From Candidatus Brennerbacteria bacterium (GTDB lineage: Bacteria > Patescibacteriota > Minisyncoccia > UBA6257 > GWB1-50-10), in NCBI GenBank assembly GCA_016183535.1, contig JACPEK010000002.1, positions 1,382-65,381 on the forward strand: a stretch of DNA of 64,000 nt, written 5' to 3'. The notes under the pieces were generated by a model, which saw only the letters and a list, made by a program, of their open reading frames with translations, was not told where the DNA came from and did not search any database. A program made the position numbers and the translations under genes. This document shows positions 29,385 to 38,914 of this stretch, piece by piece. Every line of letters starts with the position of its first letter. Positions within the stretch are counted from its first letter, which is position 1.

Positions 29385-30209
29385 ATGAAGACCTACCATC
29401 CCACCACGCCTTCGCGCCGCCACATGCAGGGGATCGACTACCGGATCCTCACCGTGACAGAGCCGTGGAAACCGCTTACCAAGCGCCTTGTTGCTCGCGC
29501 AGGTCGCAACCATCATGGCCGCATCACCATGCGTCACCAAGGAGGTGGCAACAAGAAACTCTACCGCGTGGTGGATTTTAAAATGGAAAAGCGGAACATT
29601 CCCGCGCGCGTTGAAACCATCGAATACGATCCGTACCGCACCGCGTTTATCGCGCGGATTATCTACCGCGATGGGGCGCGTCGCTATATTCTCGCGCCAC
29701 AAGGACTCGCGGTGAGGGATACGATCGTCGCGGCTCCCGAAGCTCCTTTGAAACCGGGGAATCGGTTGGAGCTTCGGCGCATTCCGGTCGGCACTTTCAT
29801 CCATAACGTGGAAATATTTCCCGGCCGCGGAGGCGCGCTCGCCCGCTCTGCGGGCGCCTCATTGCAGGTACTCGCGAATGAAGATCGATATACCCACCTC
29901 AAGATGCCTTCGGGCGAGGTTCGAAAAGTGCTCGCGCGCGGATATGCCTCCGTGGGGGCGGTCTCAAATCCCGAGCATTCGTTCGTCGCGATAGGCAAGG
30001 CGGGGCGTTCCCGATGGCTTGGCGTGCGTCCTACCACCCGCGCAAAAGCCATGAACCCGCGCGATCACAAATATGGCGGCGGTGAAGGAAGCACTCAACG
30101 CGGCACCAAGCGTCCAAAGGATAAATGGGGTAATATTACGGGCGGGCGGAAAACCCGCAACAAGAAAAAGTGGTCGCGCGCGCTCATTGTTTCCCGCCGC
30201 CGGCGATAA
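29385..30209 (+). CDS. rplB: 50S ribosomal protein L2
   Basis: MKTYHPTTPSRRH..., GRNHHGRIT, K/R-rich C-terminus. Confidence 0.95.
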   Translation: MKTYHPTTPSRRHMQGIDYRILTVTEPWKPLTKRLVARAGRNHHGRITMRHQGGGNKKLYRVVDFKMEKRNIPARVETIEYDPYRTAFIARIIYRDGARRYILAPQGLAVRDTIVAAPEAPLKPGNRLELRRIPVGTFIHNVEIFPGRGGALARSAGASLQVLANEDRYTHLKMPSGEVRKVLARGYASVGAVSNPEHSFVAIGKAGRSRWLGVRPTTRAKAMNPRDHKYGGGEGSTQRGTKRPKDKWGNITGGRKTRNKKKWSRALIVSRRRR

Positions 30210-30218
30210 TTTTCAGCC

Positions 30219-30533
30219 ATGACTCGTCCTCAACGAAAAGGTCCGTGGGTGGACCCAAAACTCGTAAAAAAGATTGCCGGGAAAAACCCGGGAGAAGCCG
30301 CGCCGATTAAGACTTGGTCGCGGGATTCGGAAATCGCTCCGGAGATGGTGGGCTTTACTTTTCTCGTCCACAACGGGAAAGAGTTCCTCCCCGTCCCCGT
30401 TTCCGAAGATATGGTCGGTCATCGCTTGGGCGAATTCTCGCCAACGCGCAAATTCGTGAAGCACGGCGGAAAAATGCAACGCGAGCTTGAAACCTCCGCG
30501 GCGCAGAAAGCTGCCCCGGCCGCGAAAAAATAA
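30219..30533 (+). CDS. rpsS: 30S ribosomal protein S19
   Basis: [14 protein letters not shown]...[30 protein letters not shown]. Confidence 0.93.
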   Translation: MTRPQRKGPWVDPKLVKKIAGKNPGEAAPIKTWSRDSEIAPEMVGFTFLVHNGKEFLPVPVSEDMVGHRLGEFSPTRKFVKHGGKMQRELETSAAQKAAPAAKK

Positions 30534-30548
30534 AATCATATCATTATC

Positions 30549-31058
30549 ATGACTTCTTCCGCACACGCCTATCTTCGCTATCTTCGCGCCGCGCCGCGCA
30601 AAACGCGCGCGGTAGCTGATGTCATTCGCGGTCTCTCGGTTTCAGAAGCCGAAGCCCAGCTTTTACTCATGTCCCGCAGCGCCGCGATGCCAATTCTAAA
30701 ACTCCTCCGTTCCGCGGCGGCGAACGCACGAGTGGTTTTAAAACGGGAACCGCACGCGCTTTTCGTGAAGGAGATAAGAGTGGATCAAGGGCCAAAATCG
30801 AAGCGGTGGATGCCCCGCGCGCGCGGCGCCATGAGCCCCATTGAACGAAAAACAAGTCATGTATCTATCGTGCTCGGCATGCTCGCCGCGCCAAAACCCG
30901 CGCGATTCACAATCAAGGAAGCGGTGAAACCGCAGGAAAAAACGGGCGGGAAAAAGACGGGTACGCGGGAGCATGACCATGTCCATGAGGAGCGCGAGGG
31001 ACAAGAGAGCGAAAAAAGAGGTTTTGCGAAGCGCGTATTTCGCCGGAAAGCTGTATGA
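30549..31058 (+). CDS. rplV: 50S ribosomal protein L22 with a C-terminal extension
   Basis: L22 fold AHAYLRYLRAAPRKTRAVADVIRG; lysine-rich tail. Confidence 0.88.
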   Translation: MTSSAHAYLRYLRAAPRKTRAVADVIRGLSVSEAEAQLLLMSRSAAMPILKLLRSAAANARVVLKREPHALFVKEIRVDQGPKSKRWMPRARGAMSPIERKTSHVSIVLGMLAAPKPARFTIKEAVKPQEKTGGKKTGTREHDHVHEEREGQESEKRGFAKRVFRRKAV

Positions 31059-31166
31059 CGAATATTCACGAATTATGAACACGAATATCACAAATAATTA
31101 TCGCCCATCGCCCATGCCCGTTCGCGGCATTCGTGGAAGCCATTCGTGTACATTAGTGTTTTAAAC

Positions 31167-31895
31167 ATGGGACAAAAAGTAAAACCGAACGCTTATCGTA
31201 TTGGCATCAGTCTCCCGTGGCAGAACCGCTGGTTCTACCACAAAAACCTCCGCTACTTTTTGGAGGAGGATTTTCATATTCGCCGCTACCTTCGCGAGAA
31301 AGTGCTCCAGGCGGGTATTGCATCGATCGAGATAGAGCGGACGAGTGGCGCGATCCGGGTTATAGTCCGTGCCGCGCGTCCCGGACTCATCATCGGCCGC
31401 GGCGGAAAGGGCATTGAGGAATTGCGGGCGGGACTTTTGGAAACCATTAAGAAATGCCGGCGCGGCGCGAAAATCGGCGTAGTGCCCGCCCGCGCATCAG
31501 GATCGGGCGGCACGGCGGTTTTGAATCTCAACCTTAACATCGAAGAGTTGAAACGATCCGATGTTTCCGCGGCGGTAGTCGCCCAGCAGGTGGCGTTCGA
31601 CATCGAAAAGCGACTCCCATTCCGGCGGGTTATGAGACGAACTCTTGAGACGACTATGCAGAACCGCGAAGCGCAGGGAGCGAAAATCCGTCTCTCGGGC
31701 CGCCTGAATGGCGCGGAAATATCGCGTAACGAATGGCTCGCGAAAGGGCGCATGCCGCTCCAGACGCTCCGTGCAAACGTTGATTATGGGGAGGCCACCG
31801 CCTTCAACACCTACGGCACGATTGGGGTGAAGATATGGATTTATAAAGGCGATGTATTTGAAAAGAAAAATGATCGCGAATCGGCGCGAATGTGA
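31167..31895 (+). CDS. rpsC: 30S ribosomal protein S3
   Basis: MGQKVKPNAYRIGISLPWQNRWF, KH domain. Confidence 0.95.
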   Translation: MGQKVKPNAYRIGISLPWQNRWFYHKNLRYFLEEDFHIRRYLREKVLQAGIASIEIERTSGAIRVIVRAARPGLIIGRGGKGIEELRAGLLETIKKCRRGAKIGVVPARASGSGGTAVLNLNLNIEELKRSDVSAAVVAQQVAFDIEKRLPFRRVMRRTLETTMQNREAQGAKIRLSGRLNGAEISRNEWLAKGRMPLQTLRANVDYGEATAFNTYGTIGVKIWIYKGDVFEKKNDRESARM

Positions 31896-31916
31896 CCATT
31901 GTGAATATTGGTAAAC

Positions 31917-32330
31917 ATGTTACAGCCAAAGAAACAAAAATTTCGCAAACAGCAAAAAGGACGCTCGCGCCGCCGCCTTGTCGAGACGCGCGGCACCACG
32001 CTTGGTTATGGGCGTTTCGGGCTTCAGGCCACTTCCGCCGCGTGGGTAACCGGCAATCAGATTGAAGCGGCGCGCAAAGCGGTGAGCCACACGCTCGCGA
32101 AGGAAGGTAAGATGTGGATCCGTATTTTTCCCGACAAACCCATTACCAAGCTCCCGCCCGAGGTTACCTTAGGAGGAGGCAAGGGTGAGGTGGATCACTA
32201 TGTGTTTCCGGTGAAGCCGGGTCGCATCCTTTTCGAAATTGACGGCGTGAAAGAAGAAACTGCGCGCGCGGCGTTGAGACGCGCAGGGTTTAAACTTCCG
32301 GTCGGTACCCGGGTGGTGGTCAAATCTTGA
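31917..32330 (+). CDS. rplP: 50S ribosomal protein L16
   Basis: MLQPKKQKFRKQQKGR...; an alternative TTG start exists at 31908. Confidence 0.93.
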   Translation: MLQPKKQKFRKQQKGRSRRRLVETRGTTLGYGRFGLQATSAAWVTGNQIEAARKAVSHTLAKEGKMWIRIFPDKPITKLPPEVTLGGGKGEVDHYVFPVKPGRILFEIDGVKEETARAALRRAGFKLPVGTRVVVKS

Positions 32331-32333
32331 GCT

Positions 32334-32546
32334 ATGAAAACGAAGGAACTCATCGCTCGCCGCGGGAAGAATGCGGAGGATCTCATGAAAGAGATTCGCG
32401 AGCTTGCGGCGCGGAAAGAAACGCTCCAATTTGACTTAGCGGCGGGCAAAGTGAAGAATATACGCGAAATTCGGCAAGTGAAGAAAAGCATCGCTCAACT
32501 CAAAACACTCCTCAAGGAGGGGCGAGTGATAAAAATTAAAACATGA
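32334..32546 (+). CDS. rpmC: 50S ribosomal protein L29
   Basis: 70 aa helical hairpin, ELRELAARKETLQFDLAAGK. Confidence 0.9.
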   Translation: MKTKELIARRGKNAEDLMKEIRELAARKETLQFDLAAGKVKNIREIRQVKKSIAQLKTLLKEGRVIKIKT

Positions 32547-32791
32547 GAACGCTCATCGGCATCGTTGTTTCCGATAAAATGAAAAAAACCCGCGTGGTGG
32601 AAGTGACGCGGATCAAACAACACCCTCGTTACGAAAAACGGTATGAAGCAACGGCGAGCTTCAAGGCGCACGACGAACGCGAAGAATACCATGCGGGGGA
32701 CAAGGTGGTTATTAAAGAAATCCGGCCGATGAGCAAGGACAAACGTTGGGTAATTATAGGAAAATCCGAAGCACAAAACCCTAAATCTTAA
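32543..32791 (+). CDS. rpsQ: 30S ribosomal protein S17
   Basis: GIVVSDKMKKTRVVEVTRIKQHPRYEKRY...GDKVVIKEIRP. Confidence 0.92.
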   Translation: MRTLIGIVVSDKMKKTRVVEVTRIKQHPRYEKRYEATASFKAHDEREEYHAGDKVVIKEIRPMSKDKRWVIIGKSEAQNPKS

Positions 32792-32929
32792 ACAAACCAT
32801 AATGACCAAAGCCCGAAATCCCAAACCGTTTGGAACATTCGAATTTCGAATTTGTCCCGACTGCGTCGAGGATACTCGATAAAATCGGTATTTAGGGTTT
32901 AGATATTAGAATTTAGGATTTACCTCAAT

Positions 32930-33295
32930 ATGATTCAAGAAAGAGCGATATTGAAAGTAGCGGACAACAGCGGAGCGAAAACCGTGCGTTGTTTTCGTGT
33001 GCTCGGCGGTTCGCGCAAGCGCTACGCGCGTATCGGCGAGGTATTCGTGGCGTCAGTTCAGACCGCGGAACCGCGGAAGCAGGTGAAGAAAAAAGATGTG
33101 GTGCGGTGCGTGTTGGTGCGGAGCCGTGCGCCGATTCGGCGCCGAGACGGCACCGTGGTTCGTTTCGACGACAATGCCGCGGTCATTATTGAAAAGCAGG
33201 AACCGAAAGGCACCCGCATTTTTGGACCTATCCCGCGCGAGATAAAAGAAAAAGGATACCACACGATCGCGTCGCTTGCCGAGGAACTTGTATAA
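32930..33295 (+). CDS. rplN: 50S ribosomal protein L14
   Basis: MIQERAILKVADNSGAK...; 121 aa. Confidence 0.95.
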   Translation: MIQERAILKVADNSGAKTVRCFRVLGGSRKRYARIGEVFVASVQTAEPRKQVKKKDVVRCVLVRSRAPIRRRDGTVVRFDDNAAVIIEKQEPKGTRIFGPIPREIKEKGYHTIASLAEELV

Positions 33296-33385
33296 CGAAT
33301 GACCACGAAGAGCCGCACGGATATCACGAATTATTCAATCATTAGCAAAATTAGTGGATTTATTCGTGTAAATTAGTAAATTTTT

Positions 33386-33697
33386 ATGAAACTAAAAATA
33401 AAAAAAGGCGATACCGTCGTCGTGCTTCGGGGCAAGGATCGCGGGAAGTCGGGTAAAGTGCTCCAGACGGCGCCCTCTCTTGGTCGCATTGTGGTGGAGG
33501 GTTTGAATCTTGCGAAAAAGCACGTGCGGCCGCGGCGGCAGGGAGAAAAAGGAGAAATGGTTTCCGTTCCCCGCGCCGTGCCGGTCGGCGCGGTGGCCCT
33601 CTTCTGCGGAACGTGCAACCGTGGCGTGCGGTTTGGAGTGAAAAAAGAAGAGAAAGATCGCGTCCGCGTGTGTAAGCGTTGCGGGAATTCCATATAA
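33386..33697 (+). CDS. rplX: 50S ribosomal protein L24, variant with a four-Cys (CxxC...CxxC) C-terminal hairpin
   Basis: KOW motif KIKKGDTVVVLRGKDRGKSGKV. The C-terminal FCGTCNRGVRFGVKKEEKDRVRVCKRCGNSI aligns to the usual L24 C-terminal beta-hairpin but carries 4 Cys. Confidence 0.9.
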   Translation: MKLKIKKGDTVVVLRGKDRGKSGKVLQTAPSLGRIVVEGLNLAKKHVRPRRQGEKGEMVSVPRAVPVGAVALFCGTCNRGVRFGVKKEEKDRVRVCKRCGNSI

Positions 33698-33725
33698 GAC
33701 TCATAAGTCCTCTACGTCCCATACA

Positions 33726-34232
33726 ATGACAAAACAATTTCGCAAAGACAATGATTTGGAAAAAATCGTCGTAAATATCGGCGTGGGTCGCGCGCGCACA
33801 CTCCCGCAGTTCGATGAGAAGGTGTTGCCGGAAGTTGCCGCATCGCTTGCGGCCGTTACCGGACAGAAAGCGGCATCGCGCGCCGCCCGGAAAGCGGTGG
33901 CAAGTTTTAAGACGCGGGCGGGTGACGTAGTGGGACTTCAGGTGACGCTTCGGGGCGTTCGTATGCGCGAGTTTCTCACAAAACTTATCCGCATCGTGCT
34001 CCCGCGCGTGAAGGATTTTCGAGGTCTCGACCGCTCGAACGTGGATGCGCGCGGTAATCTCAATGTCGGCATCCGCGAGCAGTATGTGTTTCCCGAGATC
34101 AATCCCGAGAAGTCGAAGGTGTCGTTTGGGTTGCAGATCACAGTTGTGCCGCGGATGCAGAATCGCGCGCGCGCGATCGCATTCTATGAATCTATCGGTA
34201 TGCCATTGAAAAAGGAGGGGGTAAAAGGTTAA
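33726..34232 (+). CDS. rplE: 50S ribosomal protein L5
   Basis: 168 aa L5 signature; position in the spc operon. Confidence 0.93.
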   Translation: MTKQFRKDNDLEKIVVNIGVGRARTLPQFDEKVLPEVAASLAAVTGQKAASRAARKAVASFKTRAGDVVGLQVTLRGVRMREFLTKLIRIVLPRVKDFRGLDRSNVDARGNLNVGIREQYVFPEINPEKSKVSFGLQITVVPRMQNRARAIAFYESIGMPLKKEGVKG

Positions 34233-34243
34233 TATCAATCGCC

Positions 34244-34429
34244 ATGGCAAAAACATCCGTTGTTGCACGTTCCAAGAAAACACCGAAATATTCCACGCGC
34301 ATAGTGCGCCGCTGTTTTCGGTGCGGGCGCGGGCGCGGCTATCTGCGGGATTTTAACATGTGTCGCATCTGTTTTCGTGAGCTCGCGAGTCGCGGCGAGA
34401 TTCCGGGGGTGAAGAAAGCGTCATGGTAA
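34244..34429 (+). CDS. rpsZ: 30S ribosomal protein S14 type Z (zinc-binding)
   Basis: 61 aa with [20 protein letters not shown]. Confidence 0.93.
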   Translation: MAKTSVVARSKKTPKYSTRIVRRCFRCGRGRGYLRDFNMCRICFRELASRGEIPGVKKASW

Positions 34430-34529
34430 GTTACAAATGAGCACGAAATGGACACAAATATCACGAATAGTATTGCGATAGAAACAGTCATTCGTGCCAT
34501 TTGTGGGATTATTCGCGAAGATTAGTACG

Positions 34530-34901
34530 ATGTATATAAATTTTCTCATCCAACTCAAAAACGCGGTGCGCGCGGGCAAAAAATCCGCGAAGTTGCCGTA
34601 CACGGTCACGGATCTTGAAATCGCTAAGACGCTCGCGCGCTATGGATTTCTGCAAAACATTGAAGTGAAGGGCCGCGCGATGAAAAAAATTATCGAGGTT
34701 GAGTTTAACGCCTCTCGCCCCATTCGCGACGTGAAGTTCAAAAGTACGCCTTCTGTGGCGCGTTATGTCGGATATCGCGACGTGAAATCGGTAAAGCAGG
34801 GTCATGGACTGCTTGTAATGACGACCCCGAAGGGAATTCTTGCGGGGCACGAAGCACGGAAGGAACGAGTCGGCGGAAAACTTTTATTTGAAATTTGGTA
34901 A
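34530..34901 (+). CDS. rpsH: 30S ribosomal protein S8
   Basis: MYINFLIQLKNA...LVMTTPKGILAGHEAR. Start moved to the ATG at 34530. Confidence 0.9.
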   Translation: MYINFLIQLKNAVRAGKKSAKLPYTVTDLEIAKTLARYGFLQNIEVKGRAMKKIIEVEFNASRPIRDVKFKSTPSVARYVGYRDVKSVKQGHGLLVMTTPKGILAGHEARKERVGGKLLFEIW

Positions 34902-34927
34902 GGACTCGATTCAAAATCACGACTCAT

Positions 34928-35479
34928 ATGTCAAAAATAGGCAAACAACCAATCATTATTCCCGAGAATGTTACCGCGATGGTCGCGGATGGCGCAGTTC
35001 TGATAAAAGGAAAAAGTGAATCCGTCGCCATCCGGACACTTCCGGGAACCGAGGTAAAAATCAAGGAGGATGCGATTGTGGTTTCCTCCGTCGGGGCCGG
35101 CAAGCAGGCGCGGGCGAACTGGGGTACGCTTCGCGCACTTATCGCGAACGCCATCAAGGGGCAAGTGGAAGGGTTTTCGAAGACGCTCATCCTTGAAGGT
35201 GTGGGGTTCCGCGCCGCGAAAGAAGGAGAAGGACTGGTTTTGAGTCTCGGGTTTTCGCATCCGGTCAATTTTCCCGCGCGCACAGGCATCTCGTTCGAAG
35301 TGGGAAAAAACAACGCCATCACGGTGAAGGGAACCGATAAAGCGCTGGTGGGTCAGGTGGCGGCGGAGATTCGCGCACTTAAGAAGCCGGAACCGTACAA
35401 AGGGAAGGGGTTTCACTACTCGGATGAGGTCGTTCCGAGGAAGGCGGGAAAGAAGGCCGCCGCGTCCGCGGGAAAATAG
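34928..35479 (+). CDS. rplF: 50S ribosomal protein L6
   Basis: MSKIGKQPIIIPENVT...; two L6 alpha/beta repeats. Confidence 0.93.
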   Translation: MSKIGKQPIIIPENVTAMVADGAVLIKGKSESVAIRTLPGTEVKIKEDAIVVSSVGAGKQARANWGTLRALIANAIKGQVEGFSKTLILEGVGFRAAKEGEGLVLSLGFSHPVNFPARTGISFEVGKNNAITVKGTDKALVGQVAAEIRALKKPEPYKGKGFHYSDEVVPRKAGKKAAASAGK

Positions 35480-35482
35480 ACT

Positions 35483-35851
35483 ATGCGCAGAAAGAAACAC
35501 ACGCTCCAAACCGTCCGCGCGCGCCGCGCCTCCCGCGTGCGGAACAAAATAAGGGAAATTAGCGGTCGGGCGCGCCTCTCCATATTCCGGAGCAATCGTT
35601 TTACCGTTGCCCAGCTTATTGACGACGCGACGGGACGCACGTTGGTGTCGGTTTCTTCGCGTGAATTCTCTGCGGGAAACAAAACTTCAGGGACAAAAAC
35701 TGCGATGGCTACCATGGTCGGAAAAACCCTCGCCGATCGCGCGAAAGCGGCCGGTATCGCACAGGCGGCGGTGGATCGGGGAGGATATCGGTACCATGGA
35801 CGAATAAAAGCGCTTGTGGAAGCGGTGCGGGCGGGTGGGCTTTCGGTGTAG
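35483..35851 (+). CDS. rplR: 50S ribosomal protein L18
   Basis: RLSIFRSNRFTVAQLIDD...GGYRYHGRIKALVEAVRAGGL. Confidence 0.92.
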   Translation: MRRKKHTLQTVRARRASRVRNKIREISGRARLSIFRSNRFTVAQLIDDATGRTLVSVSSREFSAGNKTSGTKTAMATMVGKTLADRAKAAGIAQAAVDRGGYRYHGRIKALVEAVRAGGLSV

Positions 35852-35879
35852 AGCATCTCTCTTCGTGTAAATTAATGTT

Positions 35880-36386
35880 ATGCAGAGAACAATGATGAAA
35901 AAAAAGAGCGAGTACGACGAACGCCTCCTTGAAGTGCGGCGGGTGGCGCGCGTGATGGCGGGAGGCAAGCGATTTAGCTTTCGGGCTTCGGTTGTGGTGG
36001 GAGATCGACGCGGAAAAGTGGGATTCGGGATCGGTAAGGGTCTTGATGTGATGAGCGCGGTCGAGAAGGCGAAGCGGCAGGGGGAGAAACGCCTCATTGT
36101 GGTGCCTTTGGTGGAACATCGCACCATTCCGCATGAAATCGACGCAAAGTATGGCGCGGCGCGTGTGCGTCTCAAACCGGCGAAGAAAGGTCACGGACTC
36201 ATCGCGGGTTCGGCGGCCCGCGCGGTGCTAGAACTTGCCGGCGTTCGTGATGTGTCAGCGAAGACCACCGGGCGCACCAAAAATAAAATCGCGAACGCGC
36301 TCGCGGCGCTCGCGGCGCTCGCGGCGCTCCATCCACGAAAGATTCGGAAGGAAGAGACGGCAAATCCGAAATTTGAAACGGTCTGA
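35880..36386 (+). CDS. rpsE: 30S ribosomal protein S5 (in-frame ALAALAALAAL repeat near the C-terminus)
   Basis: VVVGDRRGKVGFGIGKG, GSAARAVLELAGV. The C-terminus contains a 9-nt tandem repeat GCGCTCGCG x3 (36295-36330). Confidence 0.92.
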   Translation: MQRTMMKKKSEYDERLLEVRRVARVMAGGKRFSFRASVVVGDRRGKVGFGIGKGLDVMSAVEKAKRQGEKRLIVVPLVEHRTIPHEIDAKYGAARVRLKPAKKGHGLIAGSAARAVLELAGVRDVSAKTTGRTKNKIANALAALAALAALHPRKIRKEETANPKFETV

Positions 36387-36415
36387 AGAATAGAATTTAA
36401 ATTTTTTACGAACAT

Positions 36416-36832
36416 ATGCAACTTCATCAATTATCTCCTCAATTGAGGAGAAAAAAAGAAAAGCGGGTGGGTCGCGGCGGCAAGCGCGGAAAAACCGCCG
36501 GCCGCGGCGAGAAAGGGCAGGGTGCTCGTGCGGGACATCGCATTCGGCCCGCCGAGCGGGATCTCATCCAGCGGATTCCGAAACTGCGCGGCATGAAAAA
36601 TCGCCGCATTTCAAACCCGCCGTCGGTGGTAAAAACAGGCGACTTGACCCGTTTTGAGGGGAATGAAGTGACGCGCGCGGCGCTCGCGGCGCAAGGGTTC
36701 ATTCCGCGGGCGGGTGAGAGGGTGAAAATCGTGCGTGGCGGCAGGCTTGTACGAGCGCTTATCATAAAAGACATTCCGGTTTCGGCGGGCGCGAAGGAGG
36801 CGATCGAAACGGCGGGCGGAAAAGCGGCATGA
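36416..36832 (+). CDS. rplO: 50S ribosomal protein L15
   Basis: RRKKEKRVGRGGKRGKTAGRGEKGQ. It directly follows rpsE, so no rpmD (L30) gene is present. Confidence 0.92.
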   Translation: MQLHQLSPQLRRKKEKRVGRGGKRGKTAGRGEKGQGARAGHRIRPAERDLIQRIPKLRGMKNRRISNPPSVVKTGDLTRFEGNEVTRAALAAQGFIPRAGERVKIVRGGRLVRALIIKDIPVSAGAKEAIETAGGKAA

Positions 36833-38100
36833 ATAGGATTCTACAAATATTCAAAATACCGGACCTTCGCAAGAAAGTACTTGCGGTACTGGGGCTTCTC
36901 GTGGTGTTTCGCGCGCTCGCCGCGATTCCGATTCCCGGCATCGACGCGACGCGGCTCGAGGAATTTTTTTCTTCGAACCAACTCTTTGGATTTCTGAATA
37001 TCTTCTCGGGCGGAGGACTTGACAATCTTTCCATTATGATGCTTGGTGTTACTCCCTATATCACGGCGACCATCATTATGCAACTTCTCACCATCATCTT
37101 TCCGAATCTCAAAAAGTATTACTACGAGGAGGGTCCCGAGGGTCGCGCCAAATTCAATCGCATCTCACGCTGGCTCACGGTGCCCTTGGCGGTGCTCCAA
37201 GGATATGGATTTTTGAACCTTTTGAAATCGCAGGGTGTGTTGGGCGAGCTTTCCTTGTTCGAGCTTATAACGAACGTGGTGGTGATCAGCGCGGGGAGCG
37301 TGGTGTTGATGTGGCTCGGCGAGCTCATCACGGAATATAAGATCGGCAACGGCATTTCTTTCCTTATCTTTGCCGGCATCGTGTCGGGTCTCCCGCAGGC
37401 GGTGATTTCCGCGGCGGTGAACTACCAATCTTCGATGATCCCGACTTATCTTGCGTACGTTATCCTCGCGGTGATTGTCGTGGCGGGCGTGGTGTTTGTG
37501 AACGAAGCGGAACGGAAGATTCCGGTCGCGTACGCAAAGCAGGTGCGCGGGAACCGCATGTACGGCGGCGCCCAGACCTACCTGCCGCTCAAGGTGAACC
37601 AGGCGGGTGTAATTCCTATCATCTTCGCGGTTTCCCTACTCCTCTTCCCGCAATTTTTGGCGCAGGCGGCGGCGATTTTCTCGCCCGATCTCTCGATTCG
37701 TTTGAACGAGCTTGTGGGCAGATTCCTCGGGAGCGTAACGGTGTATAGCGCTTTATATTTTGTGCTCGTGGTGCTCTTCACATATTTCTACACCGCGGTA
37801 ACGTTCGATCCGGAGGAAATTGCGAAGAATCTTCAGAAGAGCGGGGGATTCATTCCGGGCATCCGTCCGGGTGAACAGACTTCTGCCGCGATCGGGAAGG
37901 TGGTCCATCGCACGACGCTCTTCGGCGCGCTTTTCTTGGGTGTGGTTGCCATCCTTCCGAATCTCACCCAGATTGTAACGGGGATCCAGGCCCTGACGAT
38001 CGGTGGCACCGCGCTCCTCATTGTGGTGGCGGTGGCGCTCGAGGTGTTGAAGCAGGTGGAAAGTCAGCTTACGGTGCGCGAGTACGAGGGGATTTTTTAG
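36829..38100 (+). CDS. secY: Protein translocase subunit SecY
   Basis: 423 aa, 10 TM helices, GITPYITA and GNGISFLIFAGIV motifs. Confidence 0.95.
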   Translation: MNRILQIFKIPDLRKKVLAVLGLLVVFRALAAIPIPGIDATRLEEFFSSNQLFGFLNIFSGGGLDNLSIMMLGVTPYITATIIMQLLTIIFPNLKKYYYEEGPEGRAKFNRISRWLTVPLAVLQGYGFLNLLKSQGVLGELSLFELITNVVVISAGSVVLMWLGELITEYKIGNGISFLIFAGIVSGLPQAVISAAVNYQSSMIPTYLAYVILAVIVVAGVVFVNEAERKIPVAYAKQVRGNRMYGGAQTYLPLKVNQAGVIPIIFAVSLLLFPQFLAQAAAIFSPDLSIRLNELVGRFLGSVTVYSALYFVLVVLFTYFYTAVTFDPEEIAKNLQKSGGFIPGIRPGEQTSAAIGKVVHRTTLFGALFLGVVAILPNLTQIVTGIQALTIGGTALLIVVAVALEVLKQVESQLTVREYEGIF

Positions 38101-38212
38101 CTCGCTCGGCACCCCTCCTCATCAGGCGGCCTTCTCCGGGGCGACGCCCAAATCTCAGCCTTCTTCGTAGGGACTTTGATGGGATACTGAAGTTATATAG
38201 AATATATCCACC

Positions 38213-38914
38213 ATGCATAAACAAGCGGTGATTCTCTACGGGCCTCCCGGGGCGGGAAAGGGGACGCAGGCGGAGCTTCTCGCGCGCCGGTATGGATTCG
38301 TCCATTTCGACGGCGGGCGTGTTATTGAGGCCATCGTCCATGCGCCGGGAGCGGAAAAGAGCTCGGTGCTTCGGCGGCAGCGCGCGCTTTTCGACTCCGG
38401 CAAAATGTGCGACCCCGAATGGTTTTTGGGCACGGTGAAAGAAATGTCCGCACGCATCGCAGGGTCCGGCTCAAGCGTGGTTTTCAGCGGTGCGTTCCGT
38501 ACCGACTTTGAGGTATTCGGCGGGAATGGCCGAAAGGGTCTTCTCGAGACACTCATCAAGCTTTATGGAAAAAAGAACGTGCATGTGGTGATGCTCTCCA
38601 TTCCGCCCAAAGATTCCATCCACCGGAACTCGCTCCGCAAGGTATGCACGGTGTGCGGCCTCCAGCAACTTCCGGGAAGCAAGCATCCGCGCTGCCTTTT
38701 CTGCGACGGGCCTATGCGGGTGCGAAGTTTGGATAGTCCCTCGGTCATCAAAGAGCGTTTGAAGGTGTATCACGCGAAGGCGGTGCCGATTCTTACGAAG
38801 CTCAAGCGCCATGGTGTGCGCGTCGTAACGGTGCGCGGCACGTCCGCGCCGTACAAGGTTTTCCAGGGTGTACTGAAAGCGTTGAAACTTCCGCCACTCC
38901 AACTTAAAAAATAA
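38213..38914 (+). CDS. adk: Adenylate kinase (long-lid form with a Cys4 zinc knuckle)
   Basis: P-loop GPPGAGKGTQ; lid CTVCG...CLFCDG. Confidence 0.9.
   Translation: MHKQAVILYGPPGAGKGTQAELLARRYGFVHFDGGRVIEAIVHAPGAEKSSVLRRQRALFDSGKMCDPEWFLGTVKEMSARIAGSGSSVVFSGAFRTDFEVFGGNGRKGLLETLIKLYGKKNVHVVMLSIPPKDSIHRNSLRKVCTVCGLQQLPGSKHPRCLFCDGPMRVRSLDSPSVIKERLKVYHAKAVPILTKLKRHGVRVVTVRGTSAPYKVFQGVLKALKLPPLQLKK

Noticed and set aside
32835-32860. AACATTCGAATTTCGAATTTGT, which resembles the core of the palindrome family
   Set aside because: It shares only ACATTC, is not palindromic about a centre, and lacks the CCAACATTCTG arm. It is more likely part of the AT-rich spc-operon promoter region.
33384-34283. 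299-aa antisense ORF opposite rplX, rplE and rpsZ. Similar long antisense ORFs occur opposite fusA, topA and the helicase: 22518-23168, 23262-24197, 24243-25079, 39963-41135, 41466-42557, 59662-60333 and 60334-60909.
   Set aside because: High-GC coding DNA generates long stop-free antisense frames. All of these are fully overlapped by strongly conserved genes on the other strand and have no independent signals.
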